Both the position numbers and the translations under genes were made by a program. Below the pieces are notes generated by a model. It saw only the letters and a list, made by a program, of their open reading frames with translations. It did no database searches and had not been told where the DNA came from. From NCBI RefSeq assembly GCF_056746865.1, contig NZ_CM163382.1: DNA of 64,000 bases. One strand, given 5' to 3'. Each line of letters begins with the position of its first letter. Within the stretch, counting starts at the first letter, position 1. Of this stretch, positions 12,657 through 24,709 are shown piece after piece.

Positions 12657-14504
12657 ATGTTGCTTAATATGATGTGTGGTCGTCGGCTGTCGGCAATCAG
12701 TTTGTGCCTGGCCGTAACATTCGCTCCACTGTTCAATGCGCAGGCCGATGAGCCTGAAGTAATCCCTGGCGACAGCCCGGTGGCTGTCAGTGAACAGGGC
12801 GAGGCACTGCCGCAGGCGCAAGCCACGGCAATAATGGCGGGGATCCAGCCATTGCCTGAAGGTGCGGCAGAAAAAGCCCGCACGCAAATCGAATCTCAAT
12901 TACCCGCAGGTTACAAGCCGGTTTATCTTAACCAGCTTCAACTGTTGTATGCCGCACGCGATATGCAACCCATGTGGGAAAACCGTGATGCTGTTAAAGC
13001 CTTCCAGCAACAGCTGGCAGAGGTGGCGATTGCCGGTTTCCAGCCGCAGTTTAATAAATGGGTAGAGTTACTGACCGATCCTGGTGTTAACGGGATGGCA
13101 CGCGACGTCGTGCTCTCTGATGCGATGATGGGCTATCTCCATTTCATTGCAAATATTCCGGTCAAAGGCACTCGCTGGCTATATAGCAGTAAACCTTATG
13201 CGCTTGCAACGCCGCCGCTTTCGGTGATTAACCAATGGCAGCTGGCGCTGGATAAAGGTCAATTGCCGACGTTTGTTGCAGGACTGGCACCGCAGCATCC
13301 GCAATATGCGGCGATGCATGAATCGTTACTGGCCTTACTCAGTGACACCAAACCGTGGCCTCAACTGACCGGTAAAGCAACGTTGCGCCCAGGGCAGTGG
13401 AGTAACGACGTAGCGGCGTTGCGCGAAATATTGCAACGCACAGGCATGTTGGACGGGGGGCCGAAAATTACTCTACCTGGCGATGACACGCCAACTGACA
13501 CGGTAGTCAGCCCATCCGCTGTTACTGTTGAAACAGCAGAAACTAAGCCGATGGACAAGCAAACGACGTCTCGTAGTAAACCTGCGCCTGCCGTTCGTGC
13601 CGCCTACGATAATGAACTGGTGGAAGCCGTTAAACGTTTTCAGGCATGGCAAGGATTGGGAGCAGATGGCGCTATTGGCCCGGCAACGCGTGACTGGTTA
13701 AACGTAACGCCCGCCCAGCGTGCTGGCGTGTTGGCACTCAACATCCAGCGATTGCGCTTGCTGCCAACAGAGCTTTCTACCGGGATCATGGTTAACATTC
13801 CAGCCTATTCGCTGGTCTACTATCAGAACGGCAATCAGGTACTGGATTCGCGAGTCATTGTCGGTCGCCCCGATCGCAAAACGCCGATGATGAGCAGTGC
13901 ACTTAACAACGTAGTGGTAAACCCGCCGTGGAACGTACCACCAACTCTGGCACGCAAAGATATTCTGCCGAAAGTGCGCAACGATCCGGGATACCTCGAA
14001 AGCCATGGCTATACGGTGATGCGCGGCTGGAACAGCAGAGAAGCGATTGACCCATGGCAGGTTGACTGGTCTACAATCACGGCCTCGAATTTACCGTTCC
14101 GCTTCCAGCAGGCTCCAGGCCCACGGAACTCGCTGGGGCGCTATAAATTCAATATGCCGAGTTCAGAGGCCATTTATTTGCATGACACGCCGAACCACAA
14201 TCTGTTCAAGCGTGATACACGCGCATTGAGCTCAGGCTGTGTACGAGTGAATAAAGCTTCCGATCTGGCGAATATGCTGTTGCAGGATGCAGGATGGAAT
14301 GACAAACGTATTTCTGATGCGCTGAAGCAAGGCGATACGCGTTACGTCAATATTCGGCAGTCGATTCCGGTGAATCTCTACTACCTGACGGCCTTTGTTG
14401 GTGCAGATGGTCGTACCCAGTATCGTACAGATATTTACAATTATGATCTACCTGCGCGATCCAGCTCGCAAATCGTATCGAAAGCGGAACAATTAATCAG
14501 GTAA
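12657..14504 (+). CDS. ldtD: L,D-transpeptidase LdtD (YcbB)
   Basis: 615-aa ORF with signal peptide and the YkuD-type catalytic region (HDTPNHNLF...SSGCVRV). Confidence 0.9.
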   Translation: MLLNMMCGRRLSAISLCLAVTFAPLFNAQADEPEVIPGDSPVAVSEQGEALPQAQATAIMAGIQPLPEGAAEKARTQIESQLPAGYKPVYLNQLQLLYAARDMQPMWENRDAVKAFQQQLAEVAIAGFQPQFNKWVELLTDPGVNGMARDVVLSDAMMGYLHFIANIPVKGTRWLYSSKPYALATPPLSVINQWQLALDKGQLPTFVAGLAPQHPQYAAMHESLLALLSDTKPWPQLTGKATLRPGQWSNDVAALREILQRTGMLDGGPKITLPGDDTPTDTVVSPSAVTVETAETKPMDKQTTSRSKPAPAVRAAYDNELVEAVKRFQAWQGLGADGAIGPATRDWLNVTPAQRAGVLALNIQRLRLLPTELSTGIMVNIPAYSLVYYQNGNQVLDSRVIVGRPDRKTPMMSSALNNVVVNPPWNVPPTLARKDILPKVRNDPGYLESHGYTVMRGWNSREAIDPWQVDWSTITASNLPFRFQQAPGPRNSLGRYKFNMPSSEAIYLHDTPNHNLFKRDTRALSSGCVRVNKASDLANMLLQDAGWNDKRISDALKQGDTRYVNIRQSIPVNLYYLTAFVGADGRTQYRTDIYNYDLPARSSSQIVSKAEQLIR

Positions 14505-14684
14505 ATGAAGCAGTTCGGGGAAATCAGTTGTCGTAATAATTAGCATGATCGGGGGCGATTCTCTGCAGCCCCCGTCACTGCTGGGGTTGAGTCATCTTGA
14601 CGTCTGCTTTACGGGCGGTTAAGGTGCCTCTTGTGCGCCAGAAGTGCATATAAACGATAACATTGACCTGTAGACTTGATTATC

Positions 14685-15233
14685 ATGGACAAATTCGACG
14701 CTAATCGCCGCAAACTGCTGGCGCTTGGTGGCGTTGCACTCGGTGCCGCCATCCTGCCGACTCCTGCGTTTGCAACACTCTCTACCCCACGCCCGCGCAT
14801 TTTGACACTCAATAATCTTCATACCGGAGAGTCAATCAAAGCGGAGTTTTTCGATGGCAGAGGCTATATTCAGGAAGAATTGGCAAAACTTAACCATTTT
14901 TTCCGCGATTACCGCGCGAACAAAATAAAGTCCATCGACCCAGGATTATTCGATCAGTTGTATCGCCTGCAAGGGTTATTAGGTACCCGCAAACCGGTGC
15001 AACTCATTTCCGGTTATCGTTCCATTGATACCAACAATGAACTACGCGCCCGCAGCCGTGGAGTAGCGAAGAAAAGCTATCACACGAAAGGGCAGGCGAT
15101 GGATTTCCATATTGAAGGTATCGCGTTAAGCAATATTCGCAAAGCCGCGTTATCTATGCGCGCAGGTGGTGTAGGATATTACCCACGTAGTAACTTTGTG
15201 CATATTGATACCGGGCCAGCACGGCACTGGTAG
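14685..15233 (+). CDS. mepK: Peptidoglycan L,D-endopeptidase MepK (YcbK), Tat-secreted
   Basis: Track ORF 14676..15233; start moved to MDKFDANRRKLL (182 aa) with a twin-arginine signal. Confidence 0.85.
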   Translation: MDKFDANRRKLLALGGVALGAAILPTPAFATLSTPRPRILTLNNLHTGESIKAEFFDGRGYIQEELAKLNHFFRDYRANKIKSIDPGLFDQLYRLQGLLGTRKPVQLISGYRSIDTNNELRARSRGVAKKSYHTKGQAMDFHIEGIALSNIRKAALSMRAGGVGYYPRSNFVHIDTGPARHW

Positions 15234-15259
15234 CAATTGCTTAACGAAACAGGGGCAGT

Positions 15260-15907
15260 ATGAACTATCGTATTATTCCGGTCACCGCATTCTCCCAGAA
15301 CTGTTCATTGATCTGGTGTGAACAAACCCGCTTGGCCGCACTGGTCGATCCTGGCGGCGATGCGGAAAAAATCAAACAGGAAGTTGACGCCAGCGGCCTG
15401 ACACTGATGCAGATCCTGCTGACGCATGGTCATCTGGACCACGTTGGTGCAGCGGCGGAACTGGCGCAACATTACGGCGTGCCGGTTTTTGGCCCGGAAA
15501 AAGAAGATGAGTTCTGGCTGCAAGGCTTGCCTGCGCAAAGTCGTATGTTTGGTCTGGAAGAGTGCCAGCCGCTGACGCCGGATCGTTGGCTGAACGAAGG
15601 CGATACCATCAGCATAGGGAATGTGGCTTTACAGGTGTTACATTGCCCTGGGCATACGCCGGGTCATGTCGTGTTTTTTGATGATCGGGCAAAGCTGCTG
15701 ATTTCTGGCGACGTTATTTTCAAAGGCGGAGTAGGGCGCAGTGACTTCCCGCGTGGCGATCATAATCAACTGATTTCTTCAATCAAAGATAAGTTGCTGC
15801 CACTGGGGGATGACGTGACATTTATTCCGGGTCACGGACCATTATCCACACTTGGTTATGAGCGTCTGCATAATCCCTTCCTGCAAGACGAAATGCCCGT
15901 CTGGTAA
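15260..15907 (+). CDS. gloC: Metallo-beta-lactamase-fold hydrolase (glyoxalase II-like) YcbL/GloC
   Basis: 215-aa ORF with the HxHxDH metal-binding motif (THGHLDHVG). Confidence 0.85.
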   Translation: MNYRIIPVTAFSQNCSLIWCEQTRLAALVDPGGDAEKIKQEVDASGLTLMQILLTHGHLDHVGAAAELAQHYGVPVFGPEKEDEFWLQGLPAQSRMFGLEECQPLTPDRWLNEGDTISIGNVALQVLHCPGHTPGHVVFFDDRAKLLISGDVIFKGGVGRSDFPRGDHNQLISSIKDKLLPLGDDVTFIPGHGPLSTLGYERLHNPFLQDEMPVW

Positions 15908-15914
15908 AGGCGCA

Positions 15915-15952
15915 TAAAAAAGCCCGCTTTTTAAGCGGGCTTCATTGTTTTT
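15915..15952. terminator. Bidirectional rho-independent terminator between gloC and aspC
   Basis: Stem agcccgctt / aagcgggct flanked by an A-run upstream and a T-run downstream, between two convergent genes. Confidence 0.7.
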
Positions 15953-15957
15953 AACGC

Positions 15958-17148
15958 TTACAGCACTGCCACAATCGCTTCGCACAGCGGAGCCATGTTA
16001 TCTGGTGTCATCCCGGCTACGTTCACACGACCAGAAGCAACAGCATACACGCCAAACTCTTCGCGCAGACGCAGCACTTGTTCTTTTGTCAGACCACTGA
16101 AGGAGAACATGCCGTTCTGTTTGATGATAAAGCTGAAGTCGCGGTTTGCGCCTTTTTCCTGCAGCGTATTGACGAACAACTGACGCATACGCTGAATACG
16201 CTGGCGCATATCAGTCAGCTCTTGTTCCCAAATCGCACGTAACGCATCGTTGCTCAGGATGGTGGCAACAACAGAAGCGCCGTGTGCTGGTGGGTTAGAG
16301 TAGTTAGCGCGAATCGCCGCTTTCATTTGGCTGAATGCGCGATCAACGGTTTCACTGTCAGCAGCAACCAGAGTACAAGCGCCAACACGCTCGTTGTACA
16401 GGCCAAAGTTTTTAGAGTAGGAACTGGCAACAATCAGCTCTTTATGCATAGCCGCGAAAGCGCGCAGTCCTTCAGCATCTTCTTCCAGACCACGGGCAAA
16501 CCCCTGGTAAGCGAAGTCAAACAGCGGTAACCAGCCTTTCTCAACGGAAAGTTGTGCCAGTGTCTGCCATTGTTCCAGCGTAGGGTCGATACCGGTTGGG
16601 TTATGGCAGCAGCCATGGAACAGCACTACGTCGCCAGCCTGAGCTTCGTTCAGGCTGTTAATCAGTGCATCGAAGTCAAGGGTGTGATTTTCCGCATCAT
16701 AATAAGCGTATTCACGAACTTCCAGACCTGCAGAGTTAAAGACGCTCTTATGGTTCGGCCAGCTTGGGTTGCTCACCCACACACGCTTAACGCTGGTATT
16801 TTTTGCCAGGAAATCGGCAGCCACGCGTAGTGCGCCAGTGCCACCCGGAGTCTGTGCCGTGCGAGCACGTTTGTCATTGATCAGGGCGCTACCTTTACCA
16901 AACAGCAGTTCCTGAGTGCAGCGACCAAATTCAGGGATGCCGTCAATGCCGAGGTAATTTTTGGTGGTTTCATTTTCGAGCAGATACTGTTCAGCTTTTT
17001 TCACGCTGGTCAGTACCGGGGTTTTGCCCGTCTCATCTTTATAGACACCAATCCCGAGGTTAATTTTGCCGGGACGTTCATCGGCACGAAACAGATCGGC
17101 CAGGCCCAGAATCGGGTCGGCAGGAGCGGCGGTAATGTTCTCAAACAT
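15958..17148 (-). CDS. aspC: Aspartate aminotransferase
   Basis: 396-aa ORF beginning [36 protein letters not shown], the classic AspC N-terminus. Confidence 0.97.
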   Translation of the reverse strand: MFENITAAPADPILGLADLFRADERPGKINLGIGVYKDETGKTPVLTSVKKAEQYLLENETTKNYLGIDGIPEFGRCTQELLFGKGSALINDKRARTAQTPGGTGALRVAADFLAKNTSVKRVWVSNPSWPNHKSVFNSAGLEVREYAYYDAENHTLDFDALINSLNEAQAGDVVLFHGCCHNPTGIDPTLEQWQTLAQLSVEKGWLPLFDFAYQGFARGLEEDAEGLRAFAAMHKELIVASSYSKNFGLYNERVGACTLVAADSETVDRAFSQMKAAIRANYSNPPAHGASVVATILSNDALRAIWEQELTDMRQRIQRMRQLFVNTLQEKGANRDFSFIIKQNGMFSFSGLTKEQVLRLREEFGVYAVASGRVNVAGMTPDNMAPLCEAIVAVL

Positions 17149-17276
17149 GACGAGGTTCCATTATGGTTACAGAAGGGAAGTCCGCTATCAGGGTAACGGG
17201 AGATTTACAAAATTCCAACTATTACTGATGAAAACGCAGGCTGTTTTTGCAAGACGTGAGATTGCTCTGGAAGGCA

Positions 17277-17308
17277 TAAAAAAAACAGGACCAAAGTCCT
17301 GTTTTTTC
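17277..17308 (-). terminator. Rho-independent terminator of ompF
   Basis: Stem acaggac / gtcctgt with flanking A/T runs directly downstream of the ompF stop on the minus strand. Confidence 0.75.
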
Positions 17309-17332
17309 GGCATTTAACAAAGAGGTGTGCTA

Positions 17333-18421
17333 TTAGAACTGGTAAACGATACCCACAGCTACGGTGTCGTCAGAACCTACGCCCAGTTTGTTGTCAGAAT
17401 CGATCTGGTTGATGATGTAGTCAACATAGGTGGACATGTTTTTGTTGAAGTAGTAGGTTGCGCCCACTTCAAAGTAGTTCACCAGATCAACATCACCGAT
17501 ACCTTCTACGTCTTTCGCTTTAGATTTGGTGTAAGCGATGGACGGACGCAGACCGAAATCGAACTGGTATTGCGCAACTAACAGAACGTCTTGCGTTTTG
17601 TTGGCGAAGCCGCTGATGTTTGTAAATTTATTAGTGATCGGCGTAGCGTTACGGGTTTCACCGTAGTTCGCTGCCAGGTAGATGTTGTTCGCGTCATACT
17701 TCAGACCAGTAGCCCACTGTTCAGCTTTTTTACCGTTGCCAAGAGGTTGAGCTTCTTGCAGGTTGGTACGGTCAGCGGCGCCATAAGCACCAACGATACC
17801 AAAGCCTTCGTATTCGTAGCTGATAGAACCGCCAACACCGTCGCCGTTAGAGCGGCGTGCAGTGTCACGCTCGTTTTTACCCAGGTACTGAACAGCGAAG
17901 TTCAGGCCATCAACCAGACCAAAGAAGTTGGAGTTACGATAGGTAGCAACGCCGCCAACACGACCAACGAAGAAGTCATCGCTGTATGCAGTATCACCAC
18001 CAAATTCTGGCAGCATATCGGTGTAACCCAGTGCGTCATAAACCACACCGTAGTTACGGCCGTAATCGAAAGAACCAACGTCAGCGTATTTAAGACCCGC
18101 GAATGCCAGACGCGTTTTGTTACCAGTTTGAGCGTCAGCGCCTTCAGAGTTGTTACCCTGGAAGTTATATTCCCACTGACCATAACCGGTCAGATCGGAA
18201 TTGATTTGAGTTTCCCCTTTAAAACCAAGACGGGCATAGGTCATGTCGCCATTGCCACCGTAACTGTTTTCACCGTTACCCTTGGAGAAATAATGCAGAC
18301 CGACAGCTTTACCGTACAGATCTACTTTGTTGCCATCTTTGTTATAGATTTCTGCAGCGTTTGCAGTACCTGCTACTAACAGAGCAGGGACGATCACTGC
18401 CAGAATATTGCGCTTCATCAT
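17333..18421 (-). CDS. ompF: Outer membrane porin F
   Basis: 362-aa ORF beginning [38 protein letters not shown] and ending in the C-terminal Phe beta-barrel signature. Confidence 0.97.
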   Translation of the reverse strand: MMKRNILAVIVPALLVAGTANAAEIYNKDGNKVDLYGKAVGLHYFSKGNGENSYGGNGDMTYARLGFKGETQINSDLTGYGQWEYNFQGNNSEGADAQTGNKTRLAFAGLKYADVGSFDYGRNYGVVYDALGYTDMLPEFGGDTAYSDDFFVGRVGGVATYRNSNFFGLVDGLNFAVQYLGKNERDTARRSNGDGVGGSISYEYEGFGIVGAYGAADRTNLQEAQPLGNGKKAEQWATGLKYDANNIYLAANYGETRNATPITNKFTNISGFANKTQDVLLVAQYQFDFGLRPSIAYTKSKAKDVEGIGDVDLVNYFEVGATYYFNKNMSTYVDYIINQIDSDNKLGVGSDDTVAVGIVYQF

Positions 18422-18569
18422 TATTTATTACCCTCATGGTTTTTTTTATGACACCTGCCACTGCCGTCAATAAGTTCTGTCAATAAAAATTTACGGAACT
18501 ATTGATGAGAGTTTGGTGTCTTTATGTGTCTGCAGGCATCTTTCCATTCAAACTAACGTTTCGCTACCG

Positions 18570-18640
18570 TGAAAGTGCTACATAGATAAAGATTTGGTTT
18601 CAAAAAGAAAAAATATGTAACTAAAAGTAAAAATTAAGGA
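18570..18640 (-). promoter_or_regulatory. ompF promoter-proximal OmpR-binding region (F1-F3 sites)
   Basis: AT-rich block about 150-220 bp upstream of the ompF start matching the OmpR-box region as I recall it; coordinates approximate. Confidence 0.55.
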
Positions 18641-18981
18641 ACTTTGTGAACACCGTCATATTTCCATAGAGGCGTGATGATATTTACAGCAATTTTTATC
18701 TATTTATATGATTTCCTTATATTTAAATTAACTAAACGGAAATTTTGTTTCTGATGGAAACTTTATCGACCTGGCACAAAATCCTCTTTCAGACATCCAG
18801 AATGCCAAAAAATAGTATGAAAATTGTGCTATCAGCTAAGAAAAAACTAATCCGCAATAAGAATGCGGGTTATTTTTTGTGCGTAAATGTTGCAATGTAA
18901 TATTCCGTAACAGGATGATCGTTATGGCGGGGTTGCAAATAGATTGCTTGACTTAACAAACAGATAACTTGACAGAAAGGA

Positions 18982-19010
18982 TAAAAAAAGAGCCAGCGGG
19001 TGCTGGCTCT
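18982..19010 (-). terminator. Rho-independent terminator of asnS
   Basis: Stem agagccagc / gctggctct preceded by an A-run on the plus strand (T-run on the minus strand) just downstream of the asnS stop. Confidence 0.75.
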
Positions 19011-19023
19011 TGAAGACGCTAAA

Positions 19024-20424
19024 TTAGAAGCTGGCGTTACGCGGAGTACGTGGGAACGGAATCACATCACGCACGTTTTGCACACCAGTTACGTAAGCAA
19101 TCAGGCGTTCAAAACCAAGACCGAAACCGGAATGCGGAACAGTACCGTAGCGACGCAGATCGCGATACCACCAGTAATCTTCTTTATTCAGGCCCATTTC
19201 CAGCATACGCTCGTCCAGCACGTCCAGACGTTCTTCACGCTGGGAGCCACCAATGATCTCACCGATGCCCGGAGCCAGAACGTCCATAGCCGCAACGGTT
19301 TTACCGTCTTCGTTAAGGCGCATATAGAACGCTTTAATATCTTTCGGATAGTTTTTAACCACTACCGGTGCTTTAAAGTGTTCTTCCGCCAGATAACGCT
19401 CATGCTCAGAAGAGAGATCAACGCCCCAGTAAACTGGGTTTTCAAACTTCCTGCCGCAGTTTTCGAGAATAGTCACTGCGTCGGTGTAATCCACCTGCGC
19501 AAAATCGGCTTCAATGAAGCGTTCCAGACGTGAAACGGCATCTTTATCTACGCGTTCAGCGAAGAATTTCATGTCGTCAGCGCGTTCTTCGAGAACCGCT
19601 TTGAAGACATATTTCAGCATGGCTTCAGCCAGACCCGCGATATCGTTCAGGTTAGCAAACGCCACTTCCGGCTCCAGCATCCAGAATTCCGCCAGGTGAC
19701 GGCTGGTGTTGGAGTTTTCAGCACGGAAAGTCGGGCCGAAGGTATAAATTTTGGACAATGCGCAAGCGTAGGTTTCGCCGTTCAACTGGCCAGATACGGT
19801 CAGGAAAGACTCTTTACCAAAGAAGTCTTTGTCGAAATCCACTTTGCCCTGATCGTTACGCGGCAGGTTTTCCAGATCCAGCGTAGAAACGCGGAACATT
19901 TCGCCAGCCCCTTCGGTATCAGACGCAGTAATCAGTGGCGTTGAAACCCAGAAGAATCCCTGCTCGTTAAAGAAGCGATGCAGCGCCTGCGCCAGCGTAT
20001 GGCGAACGCGCGCGACGGCACCAATCAGGTTTGTGCGCGGACGCAGGTGAGCGACTTCACGCAGATACTCAATGCTGTGGCGTTTTGCCGCCATCGGGTA
20101 AGTGTCTGGATCTTCAACCCAACCAGCAACTTCAACCTTGCTGGCCTGAATTTCAAATTGTTGCCCCTGGCCCGGCGATGCCACGACTTTACCCGTCACA
20201 ATGACCGAGCAACCGGTGGTCAGACGCAGGACGTCTTCATTGTAATTGGGCAGAGAATTATTGATGACAGCCTGTACAGGATCAAAGCAGGAACCGTCAT
20301 AAACGGCGAGGAAGGAGATGCCAGCTTTTGAATCTCGGCGGGTACGTACCCATCCGCGCACGGTGACTTCGCTGTCAACGGCTACGCGGCCCTGGAGTAC
20401 GTCGGCTACAGGCACAACGCTCAT
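19024..20424 (-). CDS. asnS: Asparagine--tRNA ligase
   Basis: Track ORF 19024..20469; start moved to the internal Met [14 protein letters not shown] giving 466 aa; class II aaRS motifs present. Confidence 0.95.
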
Positions 20425-20559
20425 AATATTCTCTCTGTTAATAGTCGGAAAAAATAAACACTTGTCCACCCGTAAATGGGGGGATACCTATGTTACCTGG
20501 CATCTGCAATCAGACAAGCAGAATTCGCAAATGCAGCGAAAGATTTCGGAATTAAAGGT

Positions 20560-20584
20560 AAAAAAAGGGAGCCGATTAGCTCCC
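20560..20584 (-). terminator. Rho-independent terminator of pncB
   Basis: Stem gggagc / gctccc preceded by an A-run on the plus strand, directly downstream of the pncB stop. Confidence 0.7.
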
Positions 20585-20592
20585 TGATGATA

Positions 20593-21795
20593 TTAACTGG
20601 CTTTTTTAATATGCGGAAGGTCGAACGCTTTGCGCAGCGCCCGAACAAACGCTTTATCGTGGCAGATAGTTTTGCCAGGGCTGTCAGAAAGTTTCGCCAC
20701 CGGTTTACCGTTACACTCTACCAACTTAATGACAATATTCAGGGGTTTTACCTGGGGGATATCGCAGGTCAGGCGAGTCCCAATACCAAAACTTAATTGC
20801 ACGCGGGAAGAGAAGTGGCGGTATAGCTCAACCGCTTTGCGTAAATCCAGATTGTCAGAGAAAACCAGCGTTTTACTCTGTGGATCAATTCCCAGCTTCT
20901 CATAATGTGCAATGGCTTTTTCACCCCATTCAACCGGGTCGCCGGAGTCATGACGCAGGCCCTGATAGCGACTGGCGAACTCGACACCGAAATCACGCAG
21001 GAAAGCATCCATAGTGATGCAGTCGGTTAATGCAATGCCAAGTTGGTCGGGATATTCTTCCAGCCAGGCAGCAAGTGCAGCTCGCTGGCTGTTGGCAAGA
21101 TCCGGACTGATTTGCTGATGCGCCTGGAACCATTCGTGTGCTTGTGTTCCCATTGGCGTGAGGGAAAGCCGACGCGCCAGATCGTAGTTGCTGGTGCCCA
21201 CGAACCAGGATTCCTGTTGCAGACGTTTCACGATGGTTTCTTGTACTTCACGAGAAAAACGTCGGCGGGTGCCAAAATCCATCAGATGGAAGCGCGACAT
21301 ATCAAGACCGGCGGTTAATGCCGAGAAATCGGCTAATTTGCTTTCCAGCGTGTCGAGGGCTTGCGCAACGTCGGCCTGCGGTGAGCGATAGCGATGTACC
21401 ATTTCACTGATAACCGCCAGCAAAGGAACTTCCCAGAGGATGACTTCACGCCACGGGCCGCTTAAACGAATATCCAGCTTGCCATTATCGTTGGACACGG
21501 TGACTTGTTCCGGGTTAAAGCGGAACTCGCGTAGCCAGTTAAGATAGTCGGCCTTAAAGAAAGGCAGGGCTGAGAGCCATTGATATTCATCATCCTGCAG
21601 GCGCAGGTGCTGCATCGCCTGAACCTGTTCACGAATAGCATCGGCATAAATACCCAGCAGATCGTCACCTCGGCAACGAAACTCCGCCGCGACATGCACA
21701 TCGTAATAGTGATGAAACACGGCTTGCTGCATATGCAACTTATAAGCATCTGTATCCAGCAACGAGTGCAGAACAGGAGAAGCGAATTGTGTCAT
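20593..21795 (-). CDS. pncB: Nicotinate phosphoribosyltransferase
   Basis: Track ORF 20593..21843; start moved to [24 protein letters not shown] giving 400 aa. Confidence 0.95.
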   Translation of the reverse strand: MTQFASPVLHSLLDTDAYKLHMQQAVFHHYYDVHVAAEFRCRGDDLLGIYADAIREQVQAMQHLRLQDDEYQWLSALPFFKADYLNWLREFRFNPEQVTVSNDNGKLDIRLSGPWREVILWEVPLLAVISEMVHRYRSPQADVAQALDTLESKLADFSALTAGLDMSRFHLMDFGTRRRFSREVQETIVKRLQQESWFVGTSNYDLARRLSLTPMGTQAHEWFQAHQQISPDLANSQRAALAAWLEEYPDQLGIALTDCITMDAFLRDFGVEFASRYQGLRHDSGDPVEWGEKAIAHYEKLGIDPQSKTLVFSDNLDLRKAVELYRHFSSRVQLSFGIGTRLTCDIPQVKPLNIVIKLVECNGKPVAKLSDSPGKTICHDKAFVRALRKAFDLPHIKKAS

Positions 21796-21825
21796 AGGTG
21801 CGCAGTAGCGTCCTCGTACAGGAGC

Positions 21826-21842
21826 GTTTAGTACAATAAACA
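21826..21842 (-). promoter_or_regulatory. Candidate NadR operator upstream of pncB
   Basis: Sequence gtttagtacaataaaca, a TGTTTA...TAAACA-type inverted repeat about 30-50 bp upstream of the pncB start. Confidence 0.5.
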
Positions 21843-22060
21843 TCTTCAGGAACTGCTGGAGTATACCTTGTTTCGCAATTTATTGAACCCCGATCACACC
21901 ATATGCCACCTTTCTGGTCGATGGCATTACGCGGTGTATGTTATAAAAATGTAGCAATAAAGGCGTTTGTACCTGAAAAGATGAAGATTCTGCATAGCGC
22001 GATTTACGCAACAGGAATAGACTGAACACCAGACTCTATCAAAGATGCTAAAGGTTATTT

Positions 22061-24673
22061 ATGACTCAACAGCCACAAGCCAAATACCGTCACGATTATC
22101 GTGCGCCGGATTACCAGATTACTGATATTGACTTGACCTTTGACCTGGACGCGCAAAAGACGGTCGTTACCGCGGTCAGCCAGGCTGTCCGTCATGGTGC
22201 ATCAGATGCTCCGCTTCGTCTTGATGGCGAAGATCTTAAACTGGTTTCTGTTCATATTAATGATGAGCCGTGGACCGCCTGGAAAGAAGAAGAGGGCGCA
22301 CTGGTCATCAGTAATTTGCCGGAGCGTTTTACGCTTAAGATCGTTAATGAAATTAGCCCGGCGACGAATACCGCGCTGGAAGGGCTTTATCAGTCAGGCG
22401 ATGCGCTTTGCACTCAGTGTGAAGCCGAAGGTTTCCGCCATATTACGTATTATCTTGACCGCCCGGACGTACTGGCGCGTTTTACCACCAAAATTATTGC
22501 CGATAAAACCAAATATCCCTTCCTGCTTTCCAACGGTAACCGCGTTGCGCAAGGCGAACTGGAAAACGGACGTCACTGGGTACAGTGGCAGGACCCGTTC
22601 CCGAAACCGTGCTACCTGTTTGCGCTGGTTGCAGGCGACTTCGACGTGCTGCGCGACACCTTCACCACGCGTTCTGGTCGCGAAGTGGCGCTGGAGCTGT
22701 ACGTCGATCGCGGCAACCTCGACCGCGCGCCGTGGGCGATGACCTCGCTGAAAAACTCCATGAAATGGGATGAAGAACGCTTCGGCCTGGAGTATGACCT
22801 CGACATCTATATGATCGTCGCGGTGGATTTCTTCAATATGGGCGCAATGGAGAATAAAGGTCTGAATATCTTTAACTCCAAATATGTGCTGGCCCGTACC
22901 GACACCGCCACCGATAAAGATTACCTCGATATTGAGCGTGTTATCGGCCATGAATATTTCCATAACTGGACCGGTAACCGAGTGACCTGCCGCGACTGGT
23001 TCCAGCTCAGCCTGAAAGAAGGTTTAACCGTGTTCCGCGATCAGGAATTCAGCTCTGACCTTGGTTCCCGCGCGGTAAACCGTATCAACAACGTGCGCAC
23101 CATGCGCGGATTGCAGTTTGCGGAAGACGCCAGCCCGATGGCGCACCCGATCCGCCCGGATATGGTCATTGAGATGAACAACTTCTACACCCTGACCGTT
23201 TACGAGAAGGGCGCGGAAGTGATTCGCATGATCCACACCCTGCTGGGCGAAGAAAACTTCCAGAAAGGGATGCAGCTCTATTTCGAGCGCCATGATGGCA
23301 GCGCGGCAACCTGCGACGACTTTGTGCAGGCGATGGAAGATGCGTCGAATGTCGATCTCTCTCATTTCCGCCGTTGGTACAGCCAGTCCGGTACGCCGGT
23401 TGTGACCGTCAAAGACGACTATAATCCGGAAACTGAGCAGTACACCCTGACCATCAGCCAGCGTACGCCTGCTACGCCGGATCAGGCAGAAAAACAGCCG
23501 CTGCATATTCCGTTTGCCATCGAACTGTATGACAACGAAGGCAAAGTGATCCCGTTGCAAAAAGGCGGTCATCCGGTGAATTCGGTGCTGAACGTCACCC
23601 AGGCGGAACAGACCTTTGTCTTTGATAATGTCTACTTTCAGCCGGTGCCTGCGCTGCTGTGCGAATTCTCTGCGCCAGTGAAACTGGAATATAAGTGGAG
23701 CGATCAGCAACTGACCTTCCTGATGCGTCATGCGCGTAATGATTTCTCCCGCTGGGATGCGGCGCAAAGCCTGCTGGCAACCTACATCAAGCTGAACGTC
23801 GCGCGTCATCAGCAAGGTCAGCCGCTGTCTCTGCCGGTGCATGTGGCTGATGCTTTCCGCGCGGTACTGCTTGATGAGAAGATTGATCCGGCACTGGCGG
23901 CAGAAATCCTGACGCTGCCTTCCGTCAATGAAATGGCAGAACTGTTCGATATCATCGACCCGATTGCTATTGCTGAAGTACGCGAAGCACTCACTCGTAC
24001 TCTGGCGACTGAACTGGCGGATGAGCTACTGGCTATTTACAACGCGAATTACCAGAGCGAGTACCGTGTTGAGCATGAAGATATTGCAAAACGCACTCTG
24101 CGTAATGCCTGCCTGCGCTTCCTTGCTTTTGGTGAAACGCATCTGGCTGACGTGCTGGTGAGCAAGCAATACCATGAAGCAAACAATATGACCGATGCGC
24201 TGGCAGCGCTTTCTGCAGCGGTTGCTGCACAGCTGCCTTGCCGTGACGCGCTGATGCAGGAGTACGACGACAAGTGGCATCAGGATGGTCTGGTGATGGA
24301 TAAATGGTTTATCCTGCAAGCCACCAGCCCGGCGGCGAATGTGCTGGAGACGGTGCGTGGCCTGTTGCAGCATCGCTCATTTACCATGAGCAACCCGAAC
24401 CGTATTCGTTCGTTGATTGGTGCGTTTGCGGGCAGCAACCCGGCAGCGTTCCATGCCGAAGATGGCAGCGGTTACCAGTTCCTGGTGGAAATGCTTACCG
24501 ACCTCAACAGCCGTAACCCGCAGGTGGCTTCACGCCTGATTGAGCCGCTGATTCGCCTGAAACGTTACGATGCTAAACGTCAGGAGAAAATGCGCGCGGC
24601 GCTGGAGCAGTTGAAAGGGCTGGAAAATCTCTCTGGCGATCTGTACGAGAAGATAACTAAAGCACTGGCTTGA
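22061..24673 (+). CDS. pepN: Aminopeptidase N (M1 zinc metallopeptidase)
   Basis: 870-aa ORF with GAMEN and the HEYFHNWTGNRVT zinc-binding (HExxH) motif. Confidence 0.97.
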   Translation: MTQQPQAKYRHDYRAPDYQITDIDLTFDLDAQKTVVTAVSQAVRHGASDAPLRLDGEDLKLVSVHINDEPWTAWKEEEGALVISNLPERFTLKIVNEISPATNTALEGLYQSGDALCTQCEAEGFRHITYYLDRPDVLARFTTKIIADKTKYPFLLSNGNRVAQGELENGRHWVQWQDPFPKPCYLFALVAGDFDVLRDTFTTRSGREVALELYVDRGNLDRAPWAMTSLKNSMKWDEERFGLEYDLDIYMIVAVDFFNMGAMENKGLNIFNSKYVLARTDTATDKDYLDIERVIGHEYFHNWTGNRVTCRDWFQLSLKEGLTVFRDQEFSSDLGSRAVNRINNVRTMRGLQFAEDASPMAHPIRPDMVIEMNNFYTLTVYEKGAEVIRMIHTLLGEENFQKGMQLYFERHDGSAATCDDFVQAMEDASNVDLSHFRRWYSQSGTPVVTVKDDYNPETEQYTLTISQRTPATPDQAEKQPLHIPFAIELYDNEGKVIPLQKGGHPVNSVLNVTQAEQTFVFDNVYFQPVPALLCEFSAPVKLEYKWSDQQLTFLMRHARNDFSRWDAAQSLLATYIKLNVARHQQGQPLSLPVHVADAFRAVLLDEKIDPALAAEILTLPSVNEMAELFDIIDPIAIAEVREALTRTLATELADELLAIYNANYQSEYRVEHEDIAKRTLRNACLRFLAFGETHLADVLVSKQYHEANNMTDALAALSAAVAAQLPCRDALMQEYDDKWHQDGLVMDKWFILQATSPAANVLETVRGLLQHRSFTMSNPNRIRSLIGAFAGSNPAAFHAEDGSGYQFLVEMLTDLNSRNPQVASRLIEPLIRLKRYDAKRQEKMRAALEQLKGLENLSGDLYEKITKALA

Positions 24674-24690
24674 TACTTTTGAGCCAAAAT

Positions 24691-24709
24691 GCCTGATGCG
24701 ACGCTTGAC
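24691..24709. repeat. Left half of a REP palindromic unit split by the IS insertion (last 4 bp, tgac, are the left copy of the target duplication)
   Basis: gcctgatgcgacgcttgac directly abuts the IS left end; the complementary half gcgtcttatcaggcctac follows the IS right end. Confidence 0.85.

Noticed and set aside
17591-18379. 262-aa ORF antisense to ompF
   Set aside because: Completely overlaps ompF on the opposite strand; highly unlikely to be real alongside a highly expressed porin gene.
19024-20469. N-terminally extended forms of asnS and of pncB, ssuA, helD, ompA, fabA, pqiB, yccU, hspQ and tusE as given in the ORF track
   Set aside because: The extensions overlap upstream genes or lack an RBS, while the internal Met matches the conserved N-terminus in each case; the internal starts were used.
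23024-23842. 272-aa ORF on the minus strand inside pepN
   Set aside because: Lies entirely antisense within a strongly supported conserved gene, with no RBS and no recognisable domain; typical spurious antisense ORF in GC-rich coding sequence.
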